Source: Thermoanaerobaculia bacterium
GTDB taxonomy: Bacteria; Acidobacteriota; Thermoanaerobaculia; UBA5066; DATFVB01
Assembly: GCA_035717485.1 (NCBI GenBank)
Contig: DASTIQ010000315.1
Location: forward strand, 471-64,470
Reading direction: 5' to 3'
DNA length: 64,000 nt
Part shown: positions 9,141 to 18,166 of the stretch, piece by piece
Layout of the letters: every line of letters begins with the position of its first letter
Numbering within the stretch: the stretch's first letter is position 1
Position numbers and translations under genes: made by a program
Notes under the pieces: generated by a model
The model's input: only the letters and a program-made list of their open reading frames with translations
Database searches by the model: none
What the model was told of the DNA's origin: nothing

Positions 9141-9701
9141 TCAACGTGGCCAGAGCCATCCGAACGTCGCCCCCGCGATCACCGCATAGATGATCCCGTC
9201 GATCGTCTCCTTCACCGCGGAACTGAAGGCCCGGCGGTACCAGATCGTGGTCTGCCAGAGCGCGAGGACGTATCCGATGAAGGAGACCGCCGCCGTGAAC
9301 CGGAAGGCGCGCCGGAACGTCGAATCGGGGGTGATCGCCCGGCTCGTGACGTAGGCGGCGAAGAGCTCGACGACGACGAGATACACGAACCAGAGGGCGA
9401 GGTTCCTTCCCATGGACATCACTCCGTTGGGATAGACGGTCGCGACCATCACCGGCCCGCGGTTCATCTTTTCCTTGAATTCCGCGGATTTCATCTCGGC
9501 GCCGCTCGAGCAGCGGGGAAGCATGTAGTCGCCGGGAGGAATGGCGAAGGGCCGGAGCGCGTCCATCACCTCCGCTTCGCGCGGGATCTTCGGGTAGTCG
9601 CTCTTGTGCCAGAACGGGCCCATGTGAAGGATCGAGCTCGCGAGAAACACGAACACGGCCGACAGCAGGATCGGGAGCCAGAGCGCCGACAAGGGTGTCA
9701 T
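9141..9701 (-). CDS. Hypothetical integral membrane protein
   Basis: Start at the second Met, preceded by AAAGGAGAG Shine-Dalgarno. Several TM helices. Downstream of and co-directional with fpg. Confidence 0.5.
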   Translation of the reverse strand: MTPLSALWLPILLSAVFVFLASSILHMGPFWHKSDYPKIPREAEVMDALRPFAIPPGDYMLPRCSSGAEMKSAEFKEKMNRGPVMVATVYPNGVMSMGRNLALWFVYLVVVELFAAYVTSRAITPDSTFRRAFRFTAAVSFIGYVLALWQTTIWYRRAFSSAVKETIDGIIYAVIAGATFGWLWPR

Positions 9702-9776
9702 GACCTCTCCTTTCTCCGGGGGTTTCGGACGATTATCCCGGAGGGTCCGGAGAGGCGTCAAACGTCGGCGGGCCGG

Positions 9777-10673
9777 TCAGCGCCGTTTTCGCTCTTCCCA
9801 TTCGTCCAGGGTCTTCGGCCAGTCGTGCATCAGCCGCGAGAGCGCCCGGTCGGCGAGGAGCCTGCCGCCCGTCTGGCAGGGAGCGCAGTAGTTCGCCTCG
9901 TTCTCGCCGTGGACGATCCGCTGCACGGGGGCGCCGCAATCGGGACATGGCTCGCCGAAGCGTCCGTGAACGGCCATCCCCTTCCGGAACGCGGTCACCT
10001 TCTCGGGAAAGCCGTCCCCGGTTTCGGCCCGGATCCGCTCGATCCAGCGCGCGAGCGTCGTTCGCGTCGCGTCGTAGAGCCGTGTCCTCTCTTGCGCGGT
10101 GAGGCGGCCGGTCAGCTTGACGGGGGAGAGTTTCGCGGCGTGGAGGATCTCGTCCGAATACGCGTTCCCGATCCCGGAAAAGAGCCGCGGGTCGGTCAGA
10201 GCGCGCTTCAGCGTGTGGTTTTCCGACCTCAGGACGGCGTCGAATTCCGCCGCCGTCGCCTCGAGGGGCTCGATGCCGCCGCGGGCGAACGACGCGAGCG
10301 CATCCTCTCCCCGGACGAGGTGGATCGAAGCGCGCTTCTTCGGGCTCGCTTCGGTGAGGAACAGGGAGCCGCGATCGAAATCGAAGGAGGCGAGGTTCAC
10401 CTTCCCCGCGATCCTCGCGCCCTTCGGCTTCCAGTGGAAGCGGCCGGCGATCATGAGATGGACGACGAGGAAGAGCTCGCCGTCGAGAGCGAACACCACC
10501 CGCTTCCCGATCCGGCGGACTCCGCGGACGGCCTTTCCCTCGGCCTCCGAGATCGGCGGGTCGTACGAGCGGAGCACGAACGGGCTCGCGATCCGCACCC
10601 GCTCGAGGGTGCGGCCGCCGATCGCCCGCTCGAGGCACTCGACGTACACCGCGACGTCGGGAAGCTCCGGCAC
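9777..10673 (-). CDS. mutM: Formamidopyrimidine-DNA glycosylase (Fpg/MutM)
   Basis: GTG start gives the canonical MPELPDV N-terminus. Zinc finger CPDCGAPV...CAPCQ at the C-terminus. 298 aa. Confidence 0.85.
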   Translation of the reverse strand: MPELPDVAVYVECLERAIGGRTLERVRIASPFVLRSYDPPISEAEGKAVRGVRRIGKRVVFALDGELFLVVHLMIAGRFHWKPKGARIAGKVNLASFDFDRGSLFLTEASPKKRASIHLVRGEDALASFARGGIEPLEATAAEFDAVLRSENHTLKRALTDPRLFSGIGNAYSDEILHAAKLSPVKLTGRLTAQERTRLYDATRTTLARWIERIRAETGDGFPEKVTAFRKGMAVHGRFGEPCPDCGAPVQRIVHGENEANYCAPCQTGGRLLADRALSRLMHDWPKTLDEWEERKRR

Positions 10674-10727
10674 GGCCGGTATCGTACACATCGGACGCGG
10701 CGTCCGGCGAGGTGCGACAATCGCGGC

Positions 10728-11717
10728 ATGCGCGCGATGGTCCTCTCGCGGAGCGGCACGAACGCCCTCCTCGACCCCGCCGAGAGGCCGAGCCCCGAGC
10801 CCGGCCGCGGGGAGATCGCGATCGCCGTCGAAGCGTGCGGGGTCTGCCGGACGGATCTCCACATCCTCGACGGAGAGGTGCCGGCGGCGCTGCCCGTGGT
10901 GCCGGGACATCAGGTCGCCGGGCGGGTGGCGAAGGTGGGCGGAGGCGTTGCCGGTTTCCGCGAGGGAGACGCGGTCGGCGTCGGCTGGCTCTGGCGAACC
11001 TGCGGGGTCTGCCGCTTCTGCACGACGGCCCGCGAAAACCTCTGTCTTTCCCCGCTCCACACGGGCCGGGACCGGGACGGGGGTTGGGCCGAAACGATGG
11101 TCGCCAGCGCGGCATTCGCCTTTCCGCTTCCCGCCGGGCTGCGCCCGGAAGCCGCCGCGCCGCTCCTTTGCGCGGGGATCATCGGATACCGTTCGCTGGC
11201 GCTCTCCGGGATCCGCCCCGGGGGCCGGCTCGGCCTCGTCGGATTCGGGGCCTCGGCGCACCTGGCGATCCAGGTGGCGCTCCACCGGAAATGCGAGGTC
11301 TACGTCTTCACGCGCGAGGAGCGGCACCGGCGCCTCGCGCGCGAGATGGGCGCGGTCTGGGCGGGAGAAGTCTCGGACGAGCCGGGCGTCCCGCTCGACG
11401 CCGCCGTGACGTTCGCGCCCTCGGGGGACCTGATTCCGGCGATGCTCCCCCGCCTCGACCGCGGCGCCACCCTCGCGGTGAACGCGATCCACATGAGTCC
11501 GATCCCCGCGTTCCCGTTCGACGAGATCTACTGGGAACGCGGCGTCCGAAGCGTCGCCAGCTACACGCGGCGCGATGCGGAAGAGTTCCTCGCGCTCGCG
11601 GCGGAGATCCCGATCCGCGCCCGCGTCGAGACGTTCCCCCTCGAGCAGGCCGGTGCGGCGCTCGTCGGGATCCGCCGCGGCGAAATCGAGGGGGCGGCCG
11701 TCCTCCGCGTGCGGTGA
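10728..11717 (+). CDS. Zinc-dependent alcohol dehydrogenase (MDR family)
   Basis: MRAMVLSRSG start. Catalytic zinc motif GHQVAGRV. Structural zinc motif CGVCRFC. Rossmann motif GFGASAHLA. Divergent from fpg with a 54-bp spacer. Confidence 0.8.
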   Translation: MRAMVLSRSGTNALLDPAERPSPEPGRGEIAIAVEACGVCRTDLHILDGEVPAALPVVPGHQVAGRVAKVGGGVAGFREGDAVGVGWLWRTCGVCRFCTTARENLCLSPLHTGRDRDGGWAETMVASAAFAFPLPAGLRPEAAAPLLCAGIIGYRSLALSGIRPGGRLGLVGFGASAHLAIQVALHRKCEVYVFTREERHRRLAREMGAVWAGEVSDEPGVPLDAAVTFAPSGDLIPAMLPRLDRGATLAVNAIHMSPIPAFPFDEIYWERGVRSVASYTRRDAEEFLALAAEIPIRARVETFPLEQAGAALVGIRRGEIEGAAVLRVR

Positions 11718-11845
11718 GATCCGCGGCCGGTTCGCCGCGGAACGCGGCGGTCGGCCATCCCGGGTTCCGCGCCGGAGTTCCCTCTGCCGCATCCGGGCGG
11801 CGGGCGATCACGCCCGCGAATGCTTCGGACTAGAATCCTCCGCGC

Positions 11846-12613
11846 GTGACGCTCCCGCACATCCTCGTGCTCGTCGCCTCGTCGCTCGGCGCCGGGGTGA
11901 TGAACGCGATGGCGGGCGGAGGCACGATCCTCACGTATCCGACCCTCCTCTTCCTCGGCGAATCGGCGATCGTCGCCAACGCGACGTCGACGATCGCGCT
12001 CTGGCCGGGGGCGGCCGCCAGCATGTGGGGCTACCGCCGCGACGTCGCGACGCATCGCGAGTGGCTGAAGACGCTCCTCGTCCCGAGCCTGCTCGGAGGC
12101 GCCGTCGGGTCGATCCTCCTCCTCCGGACGCCCGAAAAGGCGTTCGAGCGCCTCGCGCCGTTCCTGATCCTCTTCGCGACGGTGCTCTTCCTCGCGCAGG
12201 GCGCGGTGTCGAGGTCGTCCGCCGCGCGATCGGCCCAGCCGCGCTCGGCGGCCCGGCTCGCGGCGGCGCTCCTCTTCCAGTTCGCCGTGGCGGTCTACGG
12301 GGGTTACTTCGGAGCGGGGATCGGGATCCTGATGCTCGCGACCCTCGGCTTCCTCGGCCTCTCCGACATCCACGCGATGAACGGCCTGAAGAACTTCTTC
12401 GGAATGTGCATCAACGCCGTCGCCGCCGCTTACTTCATCCTCCGCGGGGCCGTCGAATGGCGGGCGGCGCTCGTCATGATCGGCGGCGCGATCGCCGGGG
12501 GTTACGGCGGCGCCCGCTTCGCCCGGCGCATCGGAAAAGCGAAGTCGCGCGCGGCGGTCGCGGTGATCGGCTTCGGCATCGCGATCCTCCTCTTCGTGCG
12601 CGGTATCCGGTGA
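11846..12613 (+). CDS. TauE/SafE family sulfite/anion exporter (DUF81)
   Basis: 255 aa with 7-8 TM helices and a Gly-rich internal repeat pattern typical of TauE. Confidence 0.7.
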   Translation: MTLPHILVLVASSLGAGVMNAMAGGGTILTYPTLLFLGESAIVANATSTIALWPGAAASMWGYRRDVATHREWLKTLLVPSLLGGAVGSILLLRTPEKAFERLAPFLILFATVLFLAQGAVSRSSAARSAQPRSAARLAAALLFQFAVAVYGGYFGAGIGILMLATLGFLGLSDIHAMNGLKNFFGMCINAVAAAYFILRGAVEWRAALVMIGGAIAGGYGGARFARRIGKAKSRAAVAVIGFGIAILLFVRGIR

Positions 12614-14292
12614 CGGCATCCTTCCTTCCGAAGACGTTCATCGTCCTGCGCGGCTACGACGCCGGCAGTTCCTGGCGGATCTCCAGGCCGGCGTCGTCGT
12701 CGGAATCGTCGCGATCCCGCTCGCGCTCGCTTTCGCGATCGCCTCCGGCGTGACTCCCGAGAGGGGCCTCGTCACCGCCGTCGTCGCCGGTTTCCTGATC
12801 TCCTTCCTCGGGGGGAGCCGCGTCCAGATCGGTGGCCCGACGGGAGCGTTCGTCGTGATCGTCTTCGGGATCGTCGAGAAGTACGGCACCGACGGGCTCG
12901 CGGTCTGCACCCTGATCGCGGGAGTCCTGCTCGTGGCGATGGGCCTCGCGCGCTTCGGCGGGGCGATCAAGTTCATCCCGTACCCCGTCGTCACCGGTTT
13001 CACGAGCGGGATCGCCGTGATCATCTTCTCCTCCGAAGTTCGGGACCTGCTCGGGCTTCGCATGGCGTCGGTTCCCGCCCCGTTCTTCGAAAAGTGGGAG
13101 GCGATCGGCGCGGCGCTGCCGACCGCTTCCGGGCCCGCGATCGCGGTCTCCGCGGCGTCTCTGGCGATCCTCGTGTTCTGGCCGAAGGTCTCGGAGGAAG
13201 ATCCCCGGCCCGATCGTCGCGATCGTGGCCGTGACCGCGGCGGTGGCCCTCCTGCACGTTCCGGTCGAAACGATCGGCTCCCGGTTCGGCGCGTTCCACC
13301 CCGGAATTCCCGCGCCCCGTCTCCCCCGGGTCTCGATCGGCCGCGTCCGCGAGCTCTTCTCCCCCGCGGTGACCGTGGCGCTCCTCGCCGCGATCGAGTC
13401 GCTCCTCTCGGCCGTCGTCGCCGACGGCATGATCGGCAGCCGGCACAAGTCGAACGTGGAGCTCGTCGCGCAGGGAGTCGCCAACGTCGGTTCGGCTCTC
13501 TTCGGGGGGATTCCCGCGACCGGCGCGATCGCGCGCACGGCGACGAACGTGAAGAACGGCGGACGAACGCCGGTCGCCGGAATGATCCACGCGGCGACCC
13601 TCTTCCTGGTGCTGCTCCTGTTCGGGCGGTGGGCGAGCCGGATTCCGCTCGCCACCCTCGGGGCGATCCTCGCGGTCGTCGCGTACCACATGAGCGAATG
13701 GCGCTCCTTCGCGACGCTCCTGAAGGCGCCGCGGAGCGACGTCCTCGTGCTGCTCGCCACCTTTCTCCTGACGGTCGTCGTCGATCTCTCCGTCGCCGTG
13801 CAGGTCGGGGTCGTTCTCTCGGCGTTCCTCTTCATGCGCCGGATGGCCGAGGTCACGAACGTGGCGGCGATCACGAGGGAGTTCCAGGAGTCTCCCGACG
13901 GAACGATGCTCGCCGACCCGGGCGGCGTCGCGCGGAGGCGCATTCCGCCCGGCGTGGAGGTCTACGAGATCAACGGTCCTTTCTTCTTCGGAGCCGCCGA
14001 CAAGATCCTCGACGTCCTCGGCGTCGTCGCGCGGAAGCCGTCCGCCTTCATCTTCCGGCTCCGCAACGTGCCGGCGATCGACGCGACCGGAATCCGTGTC
14101 CTGGACGATCTGGACGAGGCCTTCCGGCGGCGCGGGATCCGCTTCGTCCTGGCGGGCCTCCACGCGCAGCCGTTCCTCGCGCTGGACCGCGCCGGGGGTC
14201 TCGACCGCTACGGACGCGAAAACCTCGCGGCCGACCTGGACGAGGCGCTCGCCCTGGCCGAGCGGGCCGCTCCGAAAACCGGGGCCGTTTGA
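12610..14292 (+). pseudogene. SulP family (DauA/YchM-like) anion transporter with C-terminal STAS domain, interrupted by two compensating frameshifts
   Basis: Three collinear segments read in frames 1, 0 and 1. First: GTG 12610 (GTGA overlap with tauE) ...LRGYDAGS. Second: FLADLQAGVVVGIVAIPLALAFAIASG...ILVFWPKV. Third: IPGPIVAIVAV...STAS. Together they align along the full length of E. coli DauA. Switches near nt 12667 and nt 13203. Confidence 0.6.
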
Positions 14293-14388
14293 TCCGATTG
14301 GATCTGGAACCCGGGGCCTCGCGCCGCTAGCCTCGAACCCGGAGGCAGCCGGCCGCCCAACGCCCGCCGCGCCTCCCTGGAGGCGATC

Positions 14389-15333
14389 ATGAACGAAAAG
14401 GACCGATTTCGAATTCTCCTTCCGATGGCCCCGGAGGAGTCCTGCAGCGAAGTGCTTCCGCTGCTTTCCGCGATCTTTCCGCCGGCCGCGACGCACGTGC
14501 GCCGGCTCTACGTCTCGCGCCCCCTCCATTCCGACGCCTTCCTTCCCGAGATGTACGCCGATTTCGAGGAAATCACGCGGATCGACCGCGAGGCGCGCCT
14601 CGCCGCCAACGAGCTCGCGCGCCGGAACACCGAACCGCTCGAGCGTGCGGGGTTCGCCGTCGAGACCGACGTCGCGGAAGGGTTTCCGATCGCGGAGGTC
14701 ACCCGCGAGATGTTCGCCTGGAGCGCGGACCTGACGGTGATCCGCGCGACGCGGCCGGAGATGCGGGAAACCCGGCTCGGGCAGCTCACGTCCGCGCTCC
14801 TCCGGCAGTCGACGACGCCTCTCCTGATCCATCGAAGCATCCCCGAGGAGTGGCGGCTCCGCCGCGTGCTCATCGCGACCGATTTCTCCGAAGCGTCGCG
14901 GGCGAGCGCGGACTGGGGCATGGCGATCGCGGCGGCCGCCGGTGCGGAGGCGCATCTCCTCTACGTGCTCGCCCGCCACGGCACCCGGCGTCTCGATTCC
15001 GGAGCGCTCCTGCGCGCCGGCACCGACGAGATCGCCCGCTGGCGTGCCCATCTCACCCCCGGGTTCGGGATTCCCGTCAGCGACGCCCATGTCGTTTCCG
15101 CGGAATTCCCGGCCGAGGGAATCCTGAACTTCGCCCGCGAGTCGGGTTTCGACCTCGTCGCTCTCGCCGGCACCGGCCGGTCGGCGATGTCGGGTCTTCT
15201 GCTCGGTTCGAACGCGCGGACTGTCGTTCGCGACGCGGACCGCCCCGTGCTGCTCGTCCCGACCCACAGCCGGATCGAGCCGGGGGCCGCGATGGCGAAG
15301 CTCCGGGCCGCCGCGGTTCCTTCGGTCGCCTGA
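14389..15333 (+). CDS. Tandem universal stress protein (UspA) domain protein
   Basis: Two Usp-like halves. The second has the G-x2-G-x9-GS ATP-binding-like motif (LAGTGRSAMSGLLLGSNA). Confidence 0.65.
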   Translation: MNEKDRFRILLPMAPEESCSEVLPLLSAIFPPAATHVRRLYVSRPLHSDAFLPEMYADFEEITRIDREARLAANELARRNTEPLERAGFAVETDVAEGFPIAEVTREMFAWSADLTVIRATRPEMRETRLGQLTSALLRQSTTPLLIHRSIPEEWRLRRVLIATDFSEASRASADWGMAIAAAAGAEAHLLYVLARHGTRRLDSGALLRAGTDEIARWRAHLTPGFGIPVSDAHVVSAEFPAEGILNFARESGFDLVALAGTGRSAMSGLLLGSNARTVVRDADRPVLLVPTHSRIEPGAAMAKLRAAAVPSVA

Positions 15334-15498
15334 AGTCCGTCGGCCGCGGCAGGGCGGAGTCCCCCGCCGCGGCCCCGGCGAGCCCCCCCGGAAGCCCTTG
15401 CCGGCGCGGGGTCCGGACACGGTGATGGACGCCCCCGGCCCGTTGGCCTGCTCGTGTCGCCGGGATGCCCACCGTGCGGGTTCTGTTAGGATTACGTC

Positions 15499-16161
15499 AT
15501 GCCGTCACCCGTCCGCGAAGCGATCGATCTGCTTTCCAAGAGCGGCGAGGCCGCCTTCGCGATCGACGCGTCCGACCGGCTCGTCTACTGGAACAAGGGA
15601 TGCGAGGAGATCCTCGGCTTCGAGGCCCAGAAGGTCCTGGGAAAGCTCTGCTTCGAGGTCATGGGGGGACGGGACGAGCACGGAAATGTGTATTGTTTCA
15701 AGAACTGCCCCGTCGCCCATCAGGCGCGGCACAACGAGGACGATCCGGTCCAGCCCTTCGTGCTTTCCGTCAAGGACAAGAAGGGCGAGCAGCGGAAGCT
15801 GACCGTTTCGATGTTCGCGGTCCCGGCCGTTCGCCCCTCCCTGTCGGCCGTCGTGCACGTCATCCGGGAAACCGGCGCTCCGGCGTCTCCTCTCGAGAAG
15901 ACGCTCGCGAAGCAGGCCGCCGCGGCGCCCCCGACGCGCTGGCCCCTTCTCACGACCGAGGGACAGCCGGTCGAGCTCACGACGCGCGAAAAGGAGATCC
16001 TCCGCTGCCTGGCCGAGGGCTTCTCGACGTCGGCGATCGCGGAGAAGCTCTTCATCGCCCCGGTGACGGTGCGGAACCACGTCCAGAGCATCCTGCAGAA
16101 GCTCGACGTGCACACGAAGCTGGCCGCGGTCGTGTTCGCCTACCGCCATCAGTTGATTTAG
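15499..16161 (+). CDS. PAS-domain / LuxR-family HTH transcriptional regulator
   Basis: N-terminal PAS-like sensor region. C-terminal LuxR HTH (LTTREKEILRCLAEGFSTSAIAEKLFIAPVTVRNHVQSILQKL). Confidence 0.7.
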   Translation: MPSPVREAIDLLSKSGEAAFAIDASDRLVYWNKGCEEILGFEAQKVLGKLCFEVMGGRDEHGNVYCFKNCPVAHQARHNEDDPVQPFVLSVKDKKGEQRKLTVSMFAVPAVRPSLSAVVHVIRETGAPASPLEKTLAKQAAAAPPTRWPLLTTEGQPVELTTREKEILRCLAEGFSTSAIAEKLFIAPVTVRNHVQSILQKLDVHTKLAAVVFAYRHQLI

Positions 16162-16304
16162 CGGCGCGGCGATACGCCGCGTGATACGGGCCCGTGCGGC
16201 CCGGCGCCGAGTCGTCCGAGCCCGTCTTCCACGACGTCTCGCCGCGCCTCGAACTCGACCCAATCGGCAGGGGGAGCCGGGGTCCGCCGGTCTCCCCGAC
16301 GGCT

Positions 16305-16739
16305 TCAGCGAGCGCGGCGGAGTGCTTTCCTGGGAGCTCTACCGGTCCGTCGCCGCTTCGCCTTCGCGCCGAGCTCGCGGGAGACGAGATCGAGCAGGTC
16401 CGAGACGGTCAGGATGCCGACGAGCTTCCCGTCCGAGACGACCGGGAGCGCGCCGATCTTCCTCCGCCTCATCAGGTAGGCGGCGTCCTCGACCGGCGTC
16501 GCCGGCGCGACGACCGCGACGCCGCGGCTCATCACCTGGTCGATCGTCCGATCGATGCGGAGGTTGCCGACGAGGAGCCCCGCGATGTCGCGGTCCGAGA
16601 CGATCCCGACCACCCGCTCCCCCCGCACCACGACGAGGTGGCGCAGCCGCCGCGCGCGCATCCGTTTCAGGGCCTGCTCCGCGGATCCGTCCTCCCCGAT
16701 CGTCTCGACCTTCCGGTGCATCAGCTGTTCGACTCGCAC
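16305..16739 (-). CDS. CBS domain pair protein
   Basis: 144 aa with two CBS motifs. Confidence 0.6.
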   Translation of the reverse strand: MRVEQLMHRKVETIGEDGSAEQALKRMRARRLRHLVVVRGERVVGIVSDRDIAGLLVGNLRIDRTIDQVMSRGVAVVAPATPVEDAAYLMRRRKIGALPVVSDGKLVGILTVSDLLDLVSRELGAKAKRRRTGRAPRKALRRAR

Positions 16740-16859
16740 GGGCTCCCTCCCCCCTCCACTCTACCCTCCGCGGCCGCTCTTCGAGCGCCGAAATGATGCA
16801 TTTGGAGCAAGACCGGCTCCCGGCCGGGGGACATGATCGGATCGGCAAGGAGGGCGTGC

Positions 16860-17342
16860 ATGCGGGTTCGCGATCTGATGACCACCCACGTCTGGTCCTG
16901 TTCCGAGAACGCGACCGTCGCTTCGGCCGCCAATACGATGCTCGACCACAACTGCGGCTTCGTTCCCGTCGTGGGCAAGGACGGCGACGTCCTCGGCGTC
17001 GTGACCGACCGGGATCTATGCATGGCCCTCGTGCGGAACGACCGGCGCGCCGCCGAGATCCCCCTCGCCGAGGTCTGCTCGGGCCGGGTCGTCTCCTGCC
17101 GGCCCGACCAGGAGATCCACGACGTCCTCCAGATCATGGAGGGCGCGCGGGTCCACCGGCTGCCCGTCGTGGAGGACGGCCGGCTCAAAGGGATCATTTC
17201 GATGACGGACGTGCTCCGGCACGCCTCTCCCGTCCGGAGCGCCGACGGGGACTGTCTCACCTGCGCCGAGGCGGTGGGCGCGCTGAAGATGATCACCGCC
17301 GTCCGCCGGCCCCGGAAGAGCTGGGTCGCCGCGGCGGAATGA
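16860..17342 (+). CDS. CBS domain pair protein
   Basis: Start at MRVRDLMTTHVW, preceded by AAGGAGG. Two CBS motifs. Divergent from the other CBS gene. Confidence 0.6.
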   Translation: MRVRDLMTTHVWSCSENATVASAANTMLDHNCGFVPVVGKDGDVLGVVTDRDLCMALVRNDRRAAEIPLAEVCSGRVVSCRPDQEIHDVLQIMEGARVHRLPVVEDGRLKGIISMTDVLRHASPVRSADGDCLTCAEAVGALKMITAVRRPRKSWVAAAE

Positions 17343-17445
17343 CCGCAGATTGAAGTGTTTGCATCATGCGTCCGCGTGTGACTTTCGCGAGACTGAAAGC
17401 GGCAAAAGGAGCAACGGGCTCATACCGCCGATTCGAGGAGGGCCA

Positions 17446-17742
17446 ATGCAAGACCTCAACCGAACCATCCGCACCCGAGGGCCGGGCGGGGAAACGGCTT
17501 CGCCCGCTCCGATTCTTCCGCCGAGAACCGAATCCATGAAGACGACTTCCCCGGGAGAATGGCTGAGCCGCACCGAAGTGGCGCGGCTGTTCCAGGTTTC
17601 CGCTTCGACCGTCACGCGCTGGGCCCGGGAAGGAAAAGTCCCCGCCAAGCGCACGCCGGGAGGGCACTATCGATATCCGGCGGCCGAGGTTCGCCGACTC
17701 GCCGGGACGTCGGGGCCCGGCGATCTCGTCCGACTCGACTGA
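17446..17742 (+). CDS. Helix-turn-helix DNA-binding protein (excisionase/MerR-like HTH)
   Basis: GAGGAGG Shine-Dalgarno 4 nt before ATG. HTH segment LSRTEVARLFQVSASTVTRWAREGKVP. Sits directly upstream of the cytochrome operon. Confidence 0.5.
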   Translation: MQDLNRTIRTRGPGGETASPAPILPPRTESMKTTSPGEWLSRTEVARLFQVSASTVTRWAREGKVPAKRTPGGHYRYPAAEVRRLAGTSGPGDLVRLD

Positions 17743-17787
17743 TTCTTCCGGGTCATTTCGGCGCCGAGCGCGCCACAGGAGGAGAAC

Positions 17788-18084
17788 ATGAAATCGGTTA
17801 CCCGTACCGGGCTCGTCATCGGCGGGCTCTACCTGGCGTCGATCGCTTCCCAGGGAATCGCGTTCGGCAAGGCGTCGTGGGTGAAGGGCGCCAAGGACCT
17901 CGGTATGCCCGCCCAGAACTGTCTCTACTGCCACACCGAGAAGATGCCCAAGAAGGACACCTTCAAGGTGGACGAGCTCAACGATCGCGGCAAGTGGCTC
18001 ATGAGCGAAAAGGACAAGAAGAAGGCTGCCGAGATCGACCTGGCGTGGCTCAAGGAATACCCGGGAGGCCCGGAACAGAAGTAG
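17788..18084 (+). CDS. Small periplasmic monohaem c-type cytochrome
   Basis: AGGAGGAG Shine-Dalgarno. Signal peptide. Single CLYCH haem-binding motif. 98 aa. Confidence 0.65.
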   Translation: MKSVTRTGLVIGGLYLASIASQGIAFGKASWVKGAKDLGMPAQNCLYCHTEKMPKKDTFKVDELNDRGKWLMSEKDKKKAAEIDLAWLKEYPGGPEQK

Positions 18085-18166
18085 TCGTCAGCTGACCACC
18101 GGGGCCGGACGGAGTCCGGCCCCGTTTTCCGTCCATCGGACGGACAAAAAGGCGCGCGGTGAGACC

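Noticed and set aside
9081-11792. Giant ORFs 9081..11717 (+), 9777..11792 (-), 9733..11115 (-) and 10099..11409 (+)
   Set aside because: They are frame artefacts spanning several real genes (membrane protein, fpg, ADH). Only the segments with Fpg and MDR motifs were kept, with internal starts.
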